DNA from: Winogradskyella sp.
GTDB taxonomy: Bacteria; Fidelibacterota; Marinisomatia; Marinisomatales; AB-629-J13
Length of the DNA: 64,000 nt
NCBI GenBank assembly: GCA_964230865.1
Contig: CAXRJK010000110.1
Location: forward strand, 391 to 64,390
Direction of reading: 5' to 3'
Part shown: positions 9,500 through 18,626 of the stretch, piece after piece
Numbering within the stretch: the first letter of the stretch is position 1
How the letters are laid out: each line of letters begins with the position of its first letter
Made by a program: the position numbers and the translations under genes
The notes under the pieces: generated by a model
What the model saw: only the letters and a program-made list of their open reading frames with translations
The model's database searches: none
Told to the model about the DNA's origin: nothing

Positions 9500-10747
9500 T
9501 CAGGTCTTCCTCTCTTTTTTTCTTGCTGCAGGAAAAAGGACATTATTTAGTATGAGACGATATCCTGGAGAATTTCGATGAAGAGATAGGTCAGTTGGAG
9601 GATCTCCTACAAAATGTCGATAATCCTCTGGATCATGACCCCCTAAAAATGCAAAAGCACCCTTCCCAAAGCTTCCGTGAAGATACTTCACCTGATCTGA
9701 TGCAGGATCCTCTCCCATAAGCACGATGTGTTTTTTTATTTTACTTTTGTGAAATCCGGTGGTCTGTCCCATAAATCCTTTTATAGTGAAGACATGATTT
9801 TGAGTCAGCATTGTGGGGACAGGGTCAAACTTAGCTGAAAACTCAAAAAGTGAAAAATAATCAGCTTCTGCACCTCTGGTAATAGGATTGTTGCTGGGAG
9901 GAAAATCAATATCAGAATACTCATACACCATTGGATCGGTCAAAATATTGAAATTTGTAAACGCCAGAGTTTTGGAAAAATCAAGACTGTTTTGGGCCTT
10001 TGGATCAATGGGTGTTCCATCAAACACATTGTGAACTGCATCGAAACCCTCTTCAGCTAATGCTATATCATAGGAATCTGTAGCTGAACACATTGCAAAT
10101 AGAAAACCACCCTGCCCTACGTAATTTTTAATGGTTCGTGCCACTGCCTTTTTCTCTTCATGCACAGATGGGAACCCAAGTTTAAGTGCAAGAGACTCAA
10201 AGTCTTCTTTCTGTTTTATGTACCACAAAGCAGTATGGTAGCTACGGTAGAACTTTCCATATTGACCGGTGAAGTCTTCGTGGTGAAGGTGAAGCCAGTC
10301 AATTTTACTGAGGCCATCGGTCAATACTTCTTCATCCCAGATGGTTTTATATGGCACCTCTGCATATGTCAAGGCAAGCGTAACAGCATCATCCCAAGGT
10401 TGCTTACTGGGAGGTGAATAAATTGCAATTTTGGGAGCTTTTTCCAGGAGAACTATTTCCATATTGTTTCTTTCAATTTCTCCATAAATAGAAAGTACAC
10501 TAGTTCCATCGATTAGCTCAAAGTTAACTCCCCTAAGCCTGCATTCCTTAATGATAAATGGAAATTGATCTATTAGAAAAGCCCCCCCTCTATAATTTAA
10601 TAACCACTCTACATTTACTCTTTCTGTTAGAACATGGAAAGCCACTCCATATGCTTTTAGGTGGTCTTTTTGAGTTAAATCCATAGGGATTAGAACTTTT
10701 TGAGCTAAAATCATAGATAGATTAAAAATGAGAATTATTTTTTTCAT
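9500..10747 (-). CDS. Secreted class-I glutamine-amidotransferase-like (GATase1-like fold) protein of unknown function
   Basis: N-terminal signal peptide (MKKIILIFNLSMILAQ). A nucleophile-elbow-like GGFLFAMCSATD and a downstream FLGGHDPEDY are present. From memory, it resembles FCB proteins often mislabelled asparagine synthetase B or putative GATase. It is the last gene of a tightly packed operon. Confidence 0.6.
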   Translation of the reverse strand: MKKIILIFNLSMILAQKVLIPMDLTQKDHLKAYGVAFHVLTERVNVEWLLNYRGGAFLIDQFPFIIKECRLRGVNFELIDGTSVLSIYGEIERNNMEIVLLEKAPKIAIYSPPSKQPWDDAVTLALTYAEVPYKTIWDEEVLTDGLSKIDWLHLHHEDFTGQYGKFYRSYHTALWYIKQKEDFESLALKLGFPSVHEEKKAVARTIKNYVGQGGFLFAMCSATDSYDIALAEEGFDAVHNVFDGTPIDPKAQNSLDFSKTLAFTNFNILTDPMVYEYSDIDFPPSNNPITRGAEADYFSLFEFSAKFDPVPTMLTQNHVFTIKGFMGQTTGFHKSKIKKHIVLMGEDPASDQVKYLHGSFGKGAFAFLGGHDPEDYRHFVGDPPTDLSLHRNSPGYRLILNNVLFPAARKKERKT

Positions 10748-10753
10748 TTTTTG

Positions 10754-12625
10754 TTAGCTCTTCAGTTGATTTTTTAAACTTCTGATATGGAGTCTCACAG
10801 GCTCTGACATATAGGAATTAGGATAGTCTTCCAGCATTTTATAATAAAATTGTAGTGCTTCATCGGGCCTTTTTCTAAATATTTCATAAATTTCACCTAA
10901 AAGAGTCCATCCTTTATCTGCTGACTTTGTTTCAGTTAATCTCTCAGCTAGAACTTCTGCTTCAGAAATTTGGTTCATTTTCAGATGAACCAATGCCTCA
11001 CGTAAGATAGCCTCTTTGCAGACTAAAGCTTTAGGATAGTTTTCCTGTATAAAAGCAAAGGAAGCTATAGCTTCTGGCAGTTTTTTTTGTCGGAGATAAA
11101 ACTCACCAAAGATAAACATTTTGAATGCACGTTTATCTTCTTCTGTGCCGTTTTGAAAATATGTTGAAATAAAGTTTCTCAGCTCGAGTAGATCATTTAG
11201 ATCATGTGAAACCGATTTTGTACTCTCTATTGATAGTTCGATTAGTTTAAATGCCGTGTCAATTTCTCCTGAATACAGATGGGATAATATATATTGAAAA
11301 CGAAAGTCATTGTTGTGTTTCCCAAACTTTTTAAAATATTTTTGTGCCTCATTCAAATCTCCTTTTGATAGATACATTTCACCAATTCTAAGCTGAATGT
11401 CTTTTTTTAATTTGGCTTTGGAGGGTGATTTTATCGCAGCCCTATATGATTTTAGAGCTCCATCAAAATCACTTAGCATTTTAAACTGAATTTCACCGAG
11501 ACGATGATATGCAGAAGCAGAGAAAGAAGACAGCGGCATGGAGGTAAGTAAAGAATCATACAACTCAAATGCAGAGTCCAATGATTTTACTGATATATTT
11601 TGCTGATGATAAAAGGGATCTTCAAAAAACATATTTTCTCCCAAAAATGAAACAAATGAAAGACTGGGTGATTCATTGGGAATAATATTATCTTCAAATG
11701 TTTTTCCTAGCCCTAACAATGTCTGACCCACAAAGGTGGGAGATGATTGAACGATGTTTTGACTTATAATTGTCTCATAGGTGGCGATAGCCTTTTCATG
11801 TTGGGATTCTTTTCTGAGAGAGTTAGCTAATTCTAACCAGCGATGAACATCTTTATCTGAGGGAAACCCCATATCCTGATGTTGAGAAACTGCCTTTTCA
11901 TATTGCTGAGTTTTGAAAAAAAAGTCTGCAAGCAGAGGACCAAATAATACCAAATCCTTTTTTATCCATTTATTTAAGGTCCCTACAATGAGTTCATGAG
12001 TTTCATTATCATCACTAATTAGTAAAATACGATTAGTGACCATTTTAATTTGCATTGGATGGGATGATAAATAGTTGAGATATTCTTTTAATGCTGTTTC
12101 ATAACTTTTCCTTGAAAAATGATAGTTTGCAATTTCAAGTGAGAGAACAGATGGGTCATTAAACTTTTCTCTTGCCCGGCGGATGAGGGCGTTCGTTTCA
12201 TCAGACATACCAAGCCTTATAAATAGGTAATAAAACTTTTTATAAGTATTTACCACGCCTCCATACTTTTTTTCTGAGATATCCCACTCCCGCTTAGCCA
12301 GTTTCTTGTTTCCGACTTTCCAGTATGCCTCTCCAAGATCTAGATGGGGGTCTATTTGTTGTGGATTTCTGTCTTTATAAGTTTGAATTGTAGATATAAG
12401 CTCATCATATTTTTCATCTCTAGAGTAAATCTTTTTCAGATTTGTGTAGGCTTTCTGATCATGGCCTTTATCAAGGATATCAGAATAAATTGCAATAGCA
12501 TTTTCAATTTCTCCTTTCCGCTCCATCATTCTGGCAGTCTTTAAAGCACCGGAATTATTTTGTCCGTACAAGATTACCAACAAAGTTGATGCAATGGTCA
12601 AAATGAATAGTTTATTCATTTTCAT
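10754..12625 (-). CDS. Secreted TPR-repeat protein
   Basis: Signal peptide (MKMNKLFILTIASTLLVILYGQ). Repeated 34-aa-type A/Y/L helical repeats run throughout (e.g. AIAIYSDIL, GEAYWKVGN, GEMYLSKGDLNEAQKYF). The start overlaps the upstream gene by 14 nt. Confidence 0.75.
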   Translation of the reverse strand: MKMNKLFILTIASTLLVILYGQNNSGALKTARMMERKGEIENAIAIYSDILDKGHDQKAYTNLKKIYSRDEKYDELISTIQTYKDRNPQQIDPHLDLGEAYWKVGNKKLAKREWDISEKKYGGVVNTYKKFYYLFIRLGMSDETNALIRRAREKFNDPSVLSLEIANYHFSRKSYETALKEYLNYLSSHPMQIKMVTNRILLISDDNETHELIVGTLNKWIKKDLVLFGPLLADFFFKTQQYEKAVSQHQDMGFPSDKDVHRWLELANSLRKESQHEKAIATYETIISQNIVQSSPTFVGQTLLGLGKTFEDNIIPNESPSLSFVSFLGENMFFEDPFYHQQNISVKSLDSAFELYDSLLTSMPLSSFSASAYHRLGEIQFKMLSDFDGALKSYRAAIKSPSKAKLKKDIQLRIGEMYLSKGDLNEAQKYFKKFGKHNNDFRFQYILSHLYSGEIDTAFKLIELSIESTKSVSHDLNDLLELRNFISTYFQNGTEEDKRAFKMFIFGEFYLRQKKLPEAIASFAFIQENYPKALVCKEAILREALVHLKMNQISEAEVLAERLTETKSADKGWTLLGEIYEIFRKRPDEALQFYYKMLEDYPNSYMSEPVRLHIRSLKNQLKS

Positions 12626-15600
12626 ATTGATTCATTTCATTTGATTCTTGATTTATTTCATTCATTAGTGATGACCTATTGAGGGCATTAAAATAACGGC
12701 GAATCATGGTCATGTATTCTTGAGTATATCCAGCCTGTAGAGCACGGCTCAATGCTTCGGAAGTAAGGGTAGTTCGCTGACCTAAGTCTTCTGGGAGACC
12801 AGAGGGTCCGGTAAAATTAACATTTTGAACGGCTGTTTCTGCTAAGCGCTCTTCTTTTTGTCCTTTTTGAGTCATAGATTTTTGACTGTCTAACATTCTG
12901 GAAAGAATTCGTTGCTGTCGTTCCTGGGTTTTTCTAGTATATCTTCTTTGTTTTAAATCCTTGATTACTTCGTCCATGTCTTGTCCAATTCCACTCAATT
13001 CTCCCCTTCCTTTGGACCCAGATTGGGTCATTTCTTCCATCAATTGTTGAAGCGATTTTTGTACGCCCTGTTGTTGAGAGAGCATTTTTTGCATCATGGA
13101 CTGCTGCATCCCCGCAGCCATCTGACCTAAGGCTAACTGCATTCCCTGATTATTGATTCCTTGCTGCTGTCCGGACATTTGTTGCATCTGTTGCAGGAAC
13201 TGTTCGTATCCACTTGCAGAACCCCCTGATTGCATTTGTTGTATAGATTGATGAACGCTCAGGGCTGTCTCATTTAATCCTTCCATAGCTAGATCCTGTT
13301 TGTTTTTTGCGGAGGCAGTATTGCGCTCTGCAAGGCGAGAGATAGACTCGTTCATTTCAGCGAAAGCTTTCCCCATTGCTTTTCCTATCTCTGGAGTTAC
13401 GGCAAAAGTTTCACGTGAGAGCTCCATCAGCGAGCTCATAGTTTGAGATAGCTGATCTTTTAATACTTGCTGCTGTCCGGCAAGATCTTTTACCCTTTGT
13501 GAGCTTCTTGATGTGGATGCTGTTTTTTTTCTGAGTTGTTCTTGAGATTTAGAAAGTGAAAGAACATTAGACATCACTTTTTGAAGTTTTTCTACCATTT
13601 CTGCTGATGTTTCCTGTTGAAACTGTTGTTGGATATCCATTGCCATATTTTGTAGTTGTGATAGGCCGGACAACGCAGAATTACTTGAGTTTCGAGAGAG
13701 TTGAAGCTGTTGTTGATTTAGATGTGCTGCTGTATTTTCAATATTCTGTTCAGTAGATTGAGTAATAGAAGATTCTACCATTTCATTTAAAGCCTCAGCA
13801 GTCGATGGACTAAACTCATCTGTGAGCCTTTGTGCTTCATATATTGCAGATTGAATATGATCAAATTCATCTTGAATTCTCAGTTCACTTTGTTCGTGTT
13901 TTAAAAATGTTGAAGCATCACTTTCATTTTCCATTTCCCATAACTCATTATCCAAATGATTCTGCTGTTTGGTTAATTGCTCTAGGCGTTTTGATACCTC
14001 ATTTAGTTTTTGCTCTGCTTGAATTCGTTTTAATATATCCAGAAAGCGATCTACTTCCTGTTCAATCTTGTCCATATTTTCAGCAATTTCAGATAAGGCA
14101 TTTAGCATCTCTTTTGGATTCATTTGATCAAGAATATCCTCAATATTTTTCAGATTAGACAGCATGTCTTCAGAAATAAGCTCATTGACCAATTGATTCA
14201 GTTCATTAAACTTTTCCATTAGCTCAGGGCTGAACAACTGATGTTTATCAACAGATTCCTTCAGTGACTCCATTGTCTCAGCAATATCCTGAAATTCAGA
14301 TAGCTTTTCTTTTGTTTCTTCCAGCATTTTTTTTATGGATTGCTGTTGGTTCCAATCTATTTCAGAAGATTTAATGAGATCGAGATTCACCTCTTCTAGC
14401 TGTTCTTGAAGGATTTCCAGGTCTTCAAGGTTTTCACTCATCTCTTCAATTATCCCCTCCTCTTTTTCTTCCAAACCAAAGAAAAGATCTTCCAAGGAGG
14501 GAAGTCGGGCAACAAAATTTCCAGACAGTGATTTTTTCGGTCCTGAGATCTGATCATTATCATAGAGCTCAAAATGATAGTGAACCTCGTCTTCTGGCAT
14601 GAGCATCAAATCAGACAAATCCCAGTCAAGCATTACAGATTGTTTGGGTTTATCCAAAATTAAATTAGGTACAGTAAAAACGGATATGACGGGGTCTGTT
14701 TCAATATATGCCGGACGTCGAATTTCATATCCAATCTGTAGAGTAGAAAAACCAAAATCATCTTCTACATCTAAATGAATGGGGATTATTTGATTATCCC
14801 CGAGCTCAATAATGGGAGGAGGTTCATACACAGATATCTGTGGAAACAAATCAGGAATAACCTCTAGATGATAGGGAATGGGATCACGATTGGTAATGTT
14901 TCGATTATCATAAAGATGAATGGTAAAAACACCATTTTCCTCTAAAATAAACTCTCCTTCTGCTCTCTTACCTGAAACTACAAGGGGATGATGAAAATCA
15001 TTTATTTTTAAATATGAACGAGACAGCTTTCGGTTAGATGAAAAGTTTACAGATATTGTTGTGCCTTTTAATCCCTGTACACTTGCTTGATTTGCGGATT
15101 GAATTACTGATTTAAGCCCGGAATATAATGGTGGGATAAGGGTAAGAGAAAACGATTTTATGGCAGGGCGGTCTGTGACCATAATTCTGTATTCTGGGGA
15201 GCGCACCTCCTTCCAGCTTTGCCAGAAATGCTCGGCTTTAACAAACGCTTCATAGATATAATCTTTATAAATTTCTTTGAATTTAAAATTATATTTTCCT
15301 AAAGAGTCAACAGATGCTTTTAAAAATAGTTTATCCGTTTTAACTGAATCACTTTCGACCTGTACAATAGGAGTAAGTTCCAGAAACACTGTGTCAGGTT
15401 TTGTTGAGCTGGAGACTATATCTATTTCAGCGTTGTCTCCTCCAAGCAGGTGAATATCTCCCGCTGAGGACCGCAAGTGGTAAGGTTTTGGTGCTTCAAA
15501 AGCATTGTGTGGATGCAGTAACCTGAAAACACTGTATCCCGCGGTGTCATTGAAACCTGAAAACCACACTGTTATAACTAACAGAAAAAAAAGTGTGATA

Positions 15601-16046
15601 TATTTCCATCTTATATTTACAGCAAAAATTGTTTTATGGTTTAGCTGGTCTAGAGATTTTACCACTTTACTTATAAAAGCATGTGTAAGGCCTTTGGATG
15701 AAATGTCGGAGACATCTCTTTCCAGTTGAAGTGCATTAATGACTGAATCTTTTTTTGGAAAAGCCTTACCTCCCAACGTTCTAGCTATATTAGACCACTG
15801 ATAACGACTGACCCTATTTGTTTGTATCAGAAGAACAGTGACTAATAGTCCCGCTATGATTAAAACAAAACACAAGAGAGCTGAACTCGCAACAAACACT
15901 TTAATGGCAGGAGAGAAATAAAAGACACTCTCTGTTCCTATTGCAATGATCAATAACATCAATAGGGCAGTATATCCTTTCCAGAAAAACTGAATAAAAT
16001 CCCGTTTCACTAGAGCATTTCTAAACCGCTTTAACTGATCAATCAT
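12612..16046 (-). CDS. 1144-aa membrane-anchored protein: N-terminal TM hairpin + third TM, beta-rich middle, long acidic coiled coil and Met/Gln-rich tail (possibly DUF4175-like)
   Basis: Hydrophobic segments lie at about aa 25-44, 50-74 and 147-165. A beta-rich, Ig-like-looking region spans about aa 180-510. An E/L/K/Q heptad-rich region follows at about aa 515-900. An M/Q-rich tract (QQMQQMSGQQQGINNQGMQLALGQMAAGMQQSMMQKM) precedes the conserved-looking tail ...YTQEYMTMIRRYFNAL. Confidence 0.7.
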   Translation of the reverse strand: MIDQLKRFRNALVKRDFIQFFWKGYTALLMLLIIAIGTESVFYFSPAIKVFVASSALLCFVLIIAGLLVTVLLIQTNRVSRYQWSNIARTLGGKAFPKKDSVINALQLERDVSDISSKGLTHAFISKVVKSLDQLNHKTIFAVNIRWKYITLFFLLVITVWFSGFNDTAGYSVFRLLHPHNAFEAPKPYHLRSSAGDIHLLGGDNAEIDIVSSSTKPDTVFLELTPIVQVESDSVKTDKLFLKASVDSLGKYNFKFKEIYKDYIYEAFVKAEHFWQSWKEVRSPEYRIMVTDRPAIKSFSLTLIPPLYSGLKSVIQSANQASVQGLKGTTISVNFSSNRKLSRSYLKINDFHHPLVVSGKRAEGEFILEENGVFTIHLYDNRNITNRDPIPYHLEVIPDLFPQISVYEPPPIIELGDNQIIPIHLDVEDDFGFSTLQIGYEIRRPAYIETDPVISVFTVPNLILDKPKQSVMLDWDLSDLMLMPEDEVHYHFELYDNDQISGPKKSLSGNFVARLPSLEDLFFGLEEKEEGIIEEMSENLEDLEILQEQLEEVNLDLIKSSEIDWNQQQSIKKMLEETKEKLSEFQDIAETMESLKESVDKHQLFSPELMEKFNELNQLVNELISEDMLSNLKNIEDILDQMNPKEMLNALSEIAENMDKIEQEVDRFLDILKRIQAEQKLNEVSKRLEQLTKQQNHLDNELWEMENESDASTFLKHEQSELRIQDEFDHIQSAIYEAQRLTDEFSPSTAEALNEMVESSITQSTEQNIENTAAHLNQQQLQLSRNSSNSALSGLSQLQNMAMDIQQQFQQETSAEMVEKLQKVMSNVLSLSKSQEQLRKKTASTSRSSQRVKDLAGQQQVLKDQLSQTMSSLMELSRETFAVTPEIGKAMGKAFAEMNESISRLAERNTASAKNKQDLAMEGLNETALSVHQSIQQMQSGGSASGYEQFLQQMQQMSGQQQGINNQGMQLALGQMAAGMQQSMMQKMLSQQQGVQKSLQQLMEEMTQSGSKGRGELSGIGQDMDEVIKDLKQRRYTRKTQERQQRILSRMLDSQKSMTQKGQKEERLAETAVQNVNFTGPSGLPEDLGQRTTLTSEALSRALQAGYTQEYMTMIRRYFNALNRSSLMNEINQESNEMNQYENE

Positions 16047-16054
16047 AACGATGA

Positions 16055-16714
16055 CTATTGAACCATAGAGTAATAAATAATATTTACCCCCATTTGAAGC
16101 GCTTTCAGTCTAGTTTCTTCTGGATTATTGTGAACCTCAGCGTCTTCCCATCCGTCTCCTAAATCACATTCATATGTGTATAAAACCATTAACCTCTCTT
16201 CGTCAAATATGCCCAGCGCTTGTGGAGGTTTTCCGTCGTGTTCGTGTACTTTAGGCAAGCCTCTTGGAAAGTTGTAGTAAACACTAAAGATGGGGTGATC
16301 AAATGGTAACTCAATAAAATCCCTATTTGGAAACACCCGCCTCATTTCTTCCCTAAATGAGATATCCATACCATAATTATCATCTGCATGTAGAAATGCA
16401 CCCCTAAGCAATGTTCCCCTTATTTTTACTATTTCTTCTTCAGTAAACCTTACATTTCCATGGCCGGTTAGGTATAGATAAGGGTATTGATAAAATTCCT
16501 GATCTGTAGGACGGAAACGAACCTCGTCATCTGCGACAGCTATGTTTGTGTTATCACGAAGAAATTTTAACAAATTTGGGAGGCTGCTGGGGTCACTATA
16601 CCAGTCCCCACCGCCTCCATAGTGAATCCGAGCAATGGTGAAATTTTGCCCATGAACAAAAGTAGTTATAATAAAAGCGATAACACCAAATATAAAAATG
16701 GATCGGTTTTTCAT
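16055..16714 (-). CDS. DUF4159-like secreted protein (GATase1-like fold family associated with Bat/aerotolerance-type loci)
   Basis: Signal/anchor sequence MKNRSIFIFGVIAFIITTFVHGQ. Blocks RIHYGGGGDW..DP, YPYLYLTGHG, FLHADDNYG and GDGWED match my recollection of DUF4159. Confidence 0.6.
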   Translation of the reverse strand: MKNRSIFIFGVIAFIITTFVHGQNFTIARIHYGGGGDWYSDPSSLPNLLKFLRDNTNIAVADDEVRFRPTDQEFYQYPYLYLTGHGNVRFTEEEIVKIRGTLLRGAFLHADDNYGMDISFREEMRRVFPNRDFIELPFDHPIFSVYYNFPRGLPKVHEHDGKPPQALGIFDEERLMVLYTYECDLGDGWEDAEVHNNPEETRLKALQMGVNIIYYSMVQ

Positions 16715-16821
16715 TGTGAGTTTCTATGGTTTTTATAAATAAAGGTTCCTTTTTATCATTCATTTATTGCATAAAACTAGAAAAGCAGACATCTTTAACC
16801 TTAATAAAATTAACATTGTAG

Positions 16822-17940
16822 TTAGAGGAGGTGGGCATATCGAACTAGAAACACAACTTCCTGAGATATTACTTTTATAACTCCAGCTGTTGGTACAGCA
16901 AAAAGCATTCCCAGGGGTCCCACAACGGTCCCACCTATAAATAGTGAAATCATAACAAGCATGGGATGAAGGCCCACACTTTCTCCTACCAAAACCGGAG
17001 TAATAAAATTGTTGTCGATTTGCTGTACAATTACAAACATCAGAATAATATCAAAAATGAAAAACGGGGACGGAACTAAATTAAACATGAGGTGAGACAA
17101 AGCAGATTCGCTACCTAAATTATTCATTATAGCGATAAGGACAGCAGGGACCATTCCCACAAAAGGCCCTACCATGGGGATTAAATTAGAAAGCCCAGCA
17201 ATTATTGAAATAAATACAATCAGTGTAAGGTTAGCTCCATACAGATTTAATATAAACAGCCCTATAAATGATAAAATCGCAACACTAGAAGCAGCTAGAA
17301 ACTGTCCGGTTAAATATCGGGACATTTGCATCTCTATATTGTGTATGATTCTCACACCCACCTCAAAATATTTATTGGGTACTAGGGCAACCAAGGTTCG
17401 ACGGAAATGATGATATTCAACGAGCAAAATAAATGTAAAAACAAGGATTATGGCGGTCAGAAAAATAAAATTCACACCGCTTTTTGCGATTGAAAGGATC
17501 TGTTGTATAAATCCCGAAATAAAAGTTTGTATTCTCTCGGCTAATTGAGGAGTTTCTCCATCACTCATTGATGAAAACCCCGGAAGAGATGAAACAGTAC
17601 TTTCGTACATACTATTTAAATCATTTACATAGTTTTCCTCAGTGAGTCTAAAATAAAACTCAGATGACTGCTGAAACATTCCGGAGGCAAAACCAAAAAG
17701 AAATCCAAAAACTAATATAAGGACTCCGCTCATAACAAAAAATGTACTGAACAATCTACTGTTTATCTTTCGCTCTAAGGTATCTACTGCAGGGAGGAGG
17801 ATTGTTGTAATAAGAAAAGCAAAGACAAGAATCACTACCATTTTTGATATATAGGGCCAGGCAAAATAAACCACACAAACCCCAAGGATAAAGATGGTAA
17901 GGGTATAAAACTTTTCTACAGTTTGTAACTTGGAAGTCAT
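16822..17940 (-). CDS. AI-2E family transporter (PerM/UPF0118)
   Basis: Polytopic membrane protein of 372 aa with about 8 TM segments. It carries the family block NLIPMVGPFVGMVPAVLIA and a C-terminal GPLGMLFAVP. Confidence 0.85.
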   Translation of the reverse strand: MTSKLQTVEKFYTLTIFILGVCVVYFAWPYISKMVVILVFAFLITTILLPAVDTLERKINSRLFSTFFVMSGVLILVFGFLFGFASGMFQQSSEFYFRLTEENYVNDLNSMYESTVSSLPGFSSMSDGETPQLAERIQTFISGFIQQILSIAKSGVNFIFLTAIILVFTFILLVEYHHFRRTLVALVPNKYFEVGVRIIHNIEMQMSRYLTGQFLAASSVAILSFIGLFILNLYGANLTLIVFISIIAGLSNLIPMVGPFVGMVPAVLIAIMNNLGSESALSHLMFNLVPSPFFIFDIILMFVIVQQIDNNFITPVLVGESVGLHPMLVMISLFIGGTVVGPLGMLFAVPTAGVIKVISQEVVFLVRYAHLL

Positions 17941-18443
17941 ACAGATCCTGAGCTAGTCTCAGTTATTTCCTCACTTGTTTTTCTGAGTCGCGCTGATATA
18001 ATCTTCGCAAGGTTGAACAAAATTTTGTTTCCGGTTTCAGGGCTTCTTTTTGAAAGAGATTGAAGGTCAGGACGTAAAAATGCTAACATAAGACAGTCTT
18101 CGTGTGCGATGGCAGTTGCGCTACGAGTATCAGAATCTAATAGTGATAGCTCTCCGAAAAACTCACCGTTTCCTAAAAGTGCTAATGTTTTTTTTGTTTT
18201 CTGTTTATCTTCAGTAAATATTTTAATTTTCCCAGAGAGAATAATAAACATCCCTTCTCCCGGAGCATGTTGTTTAAAAACAGTTTCACCAGATTTATAT
18301 CGTCTTTTATGTACCAGGTTTTCTATTTCACGTATTTGTTTATTTGTCAGTTCATGAAAAACAGGTATTTGTTTTATGACTGTTTTGGTAGGGTTTTCCT
18401 GCTTATACCAATGTGCAAAAAGGTTTTCCCACAGCGCTTTCAT
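17937..18443 (-). CDS. Stand-alone cyclic-nucleotide-binding domain protein
   Basis: cNMP-binding signature GEFFGELSLLDSDTRSATAIA. 168 aa with no HTH or other effector domain. Its stop overlaps the start of the AI-2E transporter by 4 nt. Confidence 0.8.
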   Translation of the reverse strand: MKALWENLFAHWYKQENPTKTVIKQIPVFHELTNKQIREIENLVHKRRYKSGETVFKQHAPGEGMFIILSGKIKIFTEDKQKTKKTLALLGNGEFFGELSLLDSDTRSATAIAHEDCLMLAFLRPDLQSLSKRSPETGNKILFNLAKIISARLRKTSEEITETSSGSV

Positions 18444-18626
18444 TATATTATCTCCAAATCCATATTATAAAATAGACACAAGAATAAAGGGGAGTCAAGG
18501 TGAGAGGAAAATACATGTTTCTTTTCTTGATATGATAGAACAGAGTGATTAAAAAAATGAATTTAAATAATATAGTTCAGCTCTAAACTAATTCACAGTT
18601 TTACAAAACAGAATGAGTCGGTAACT

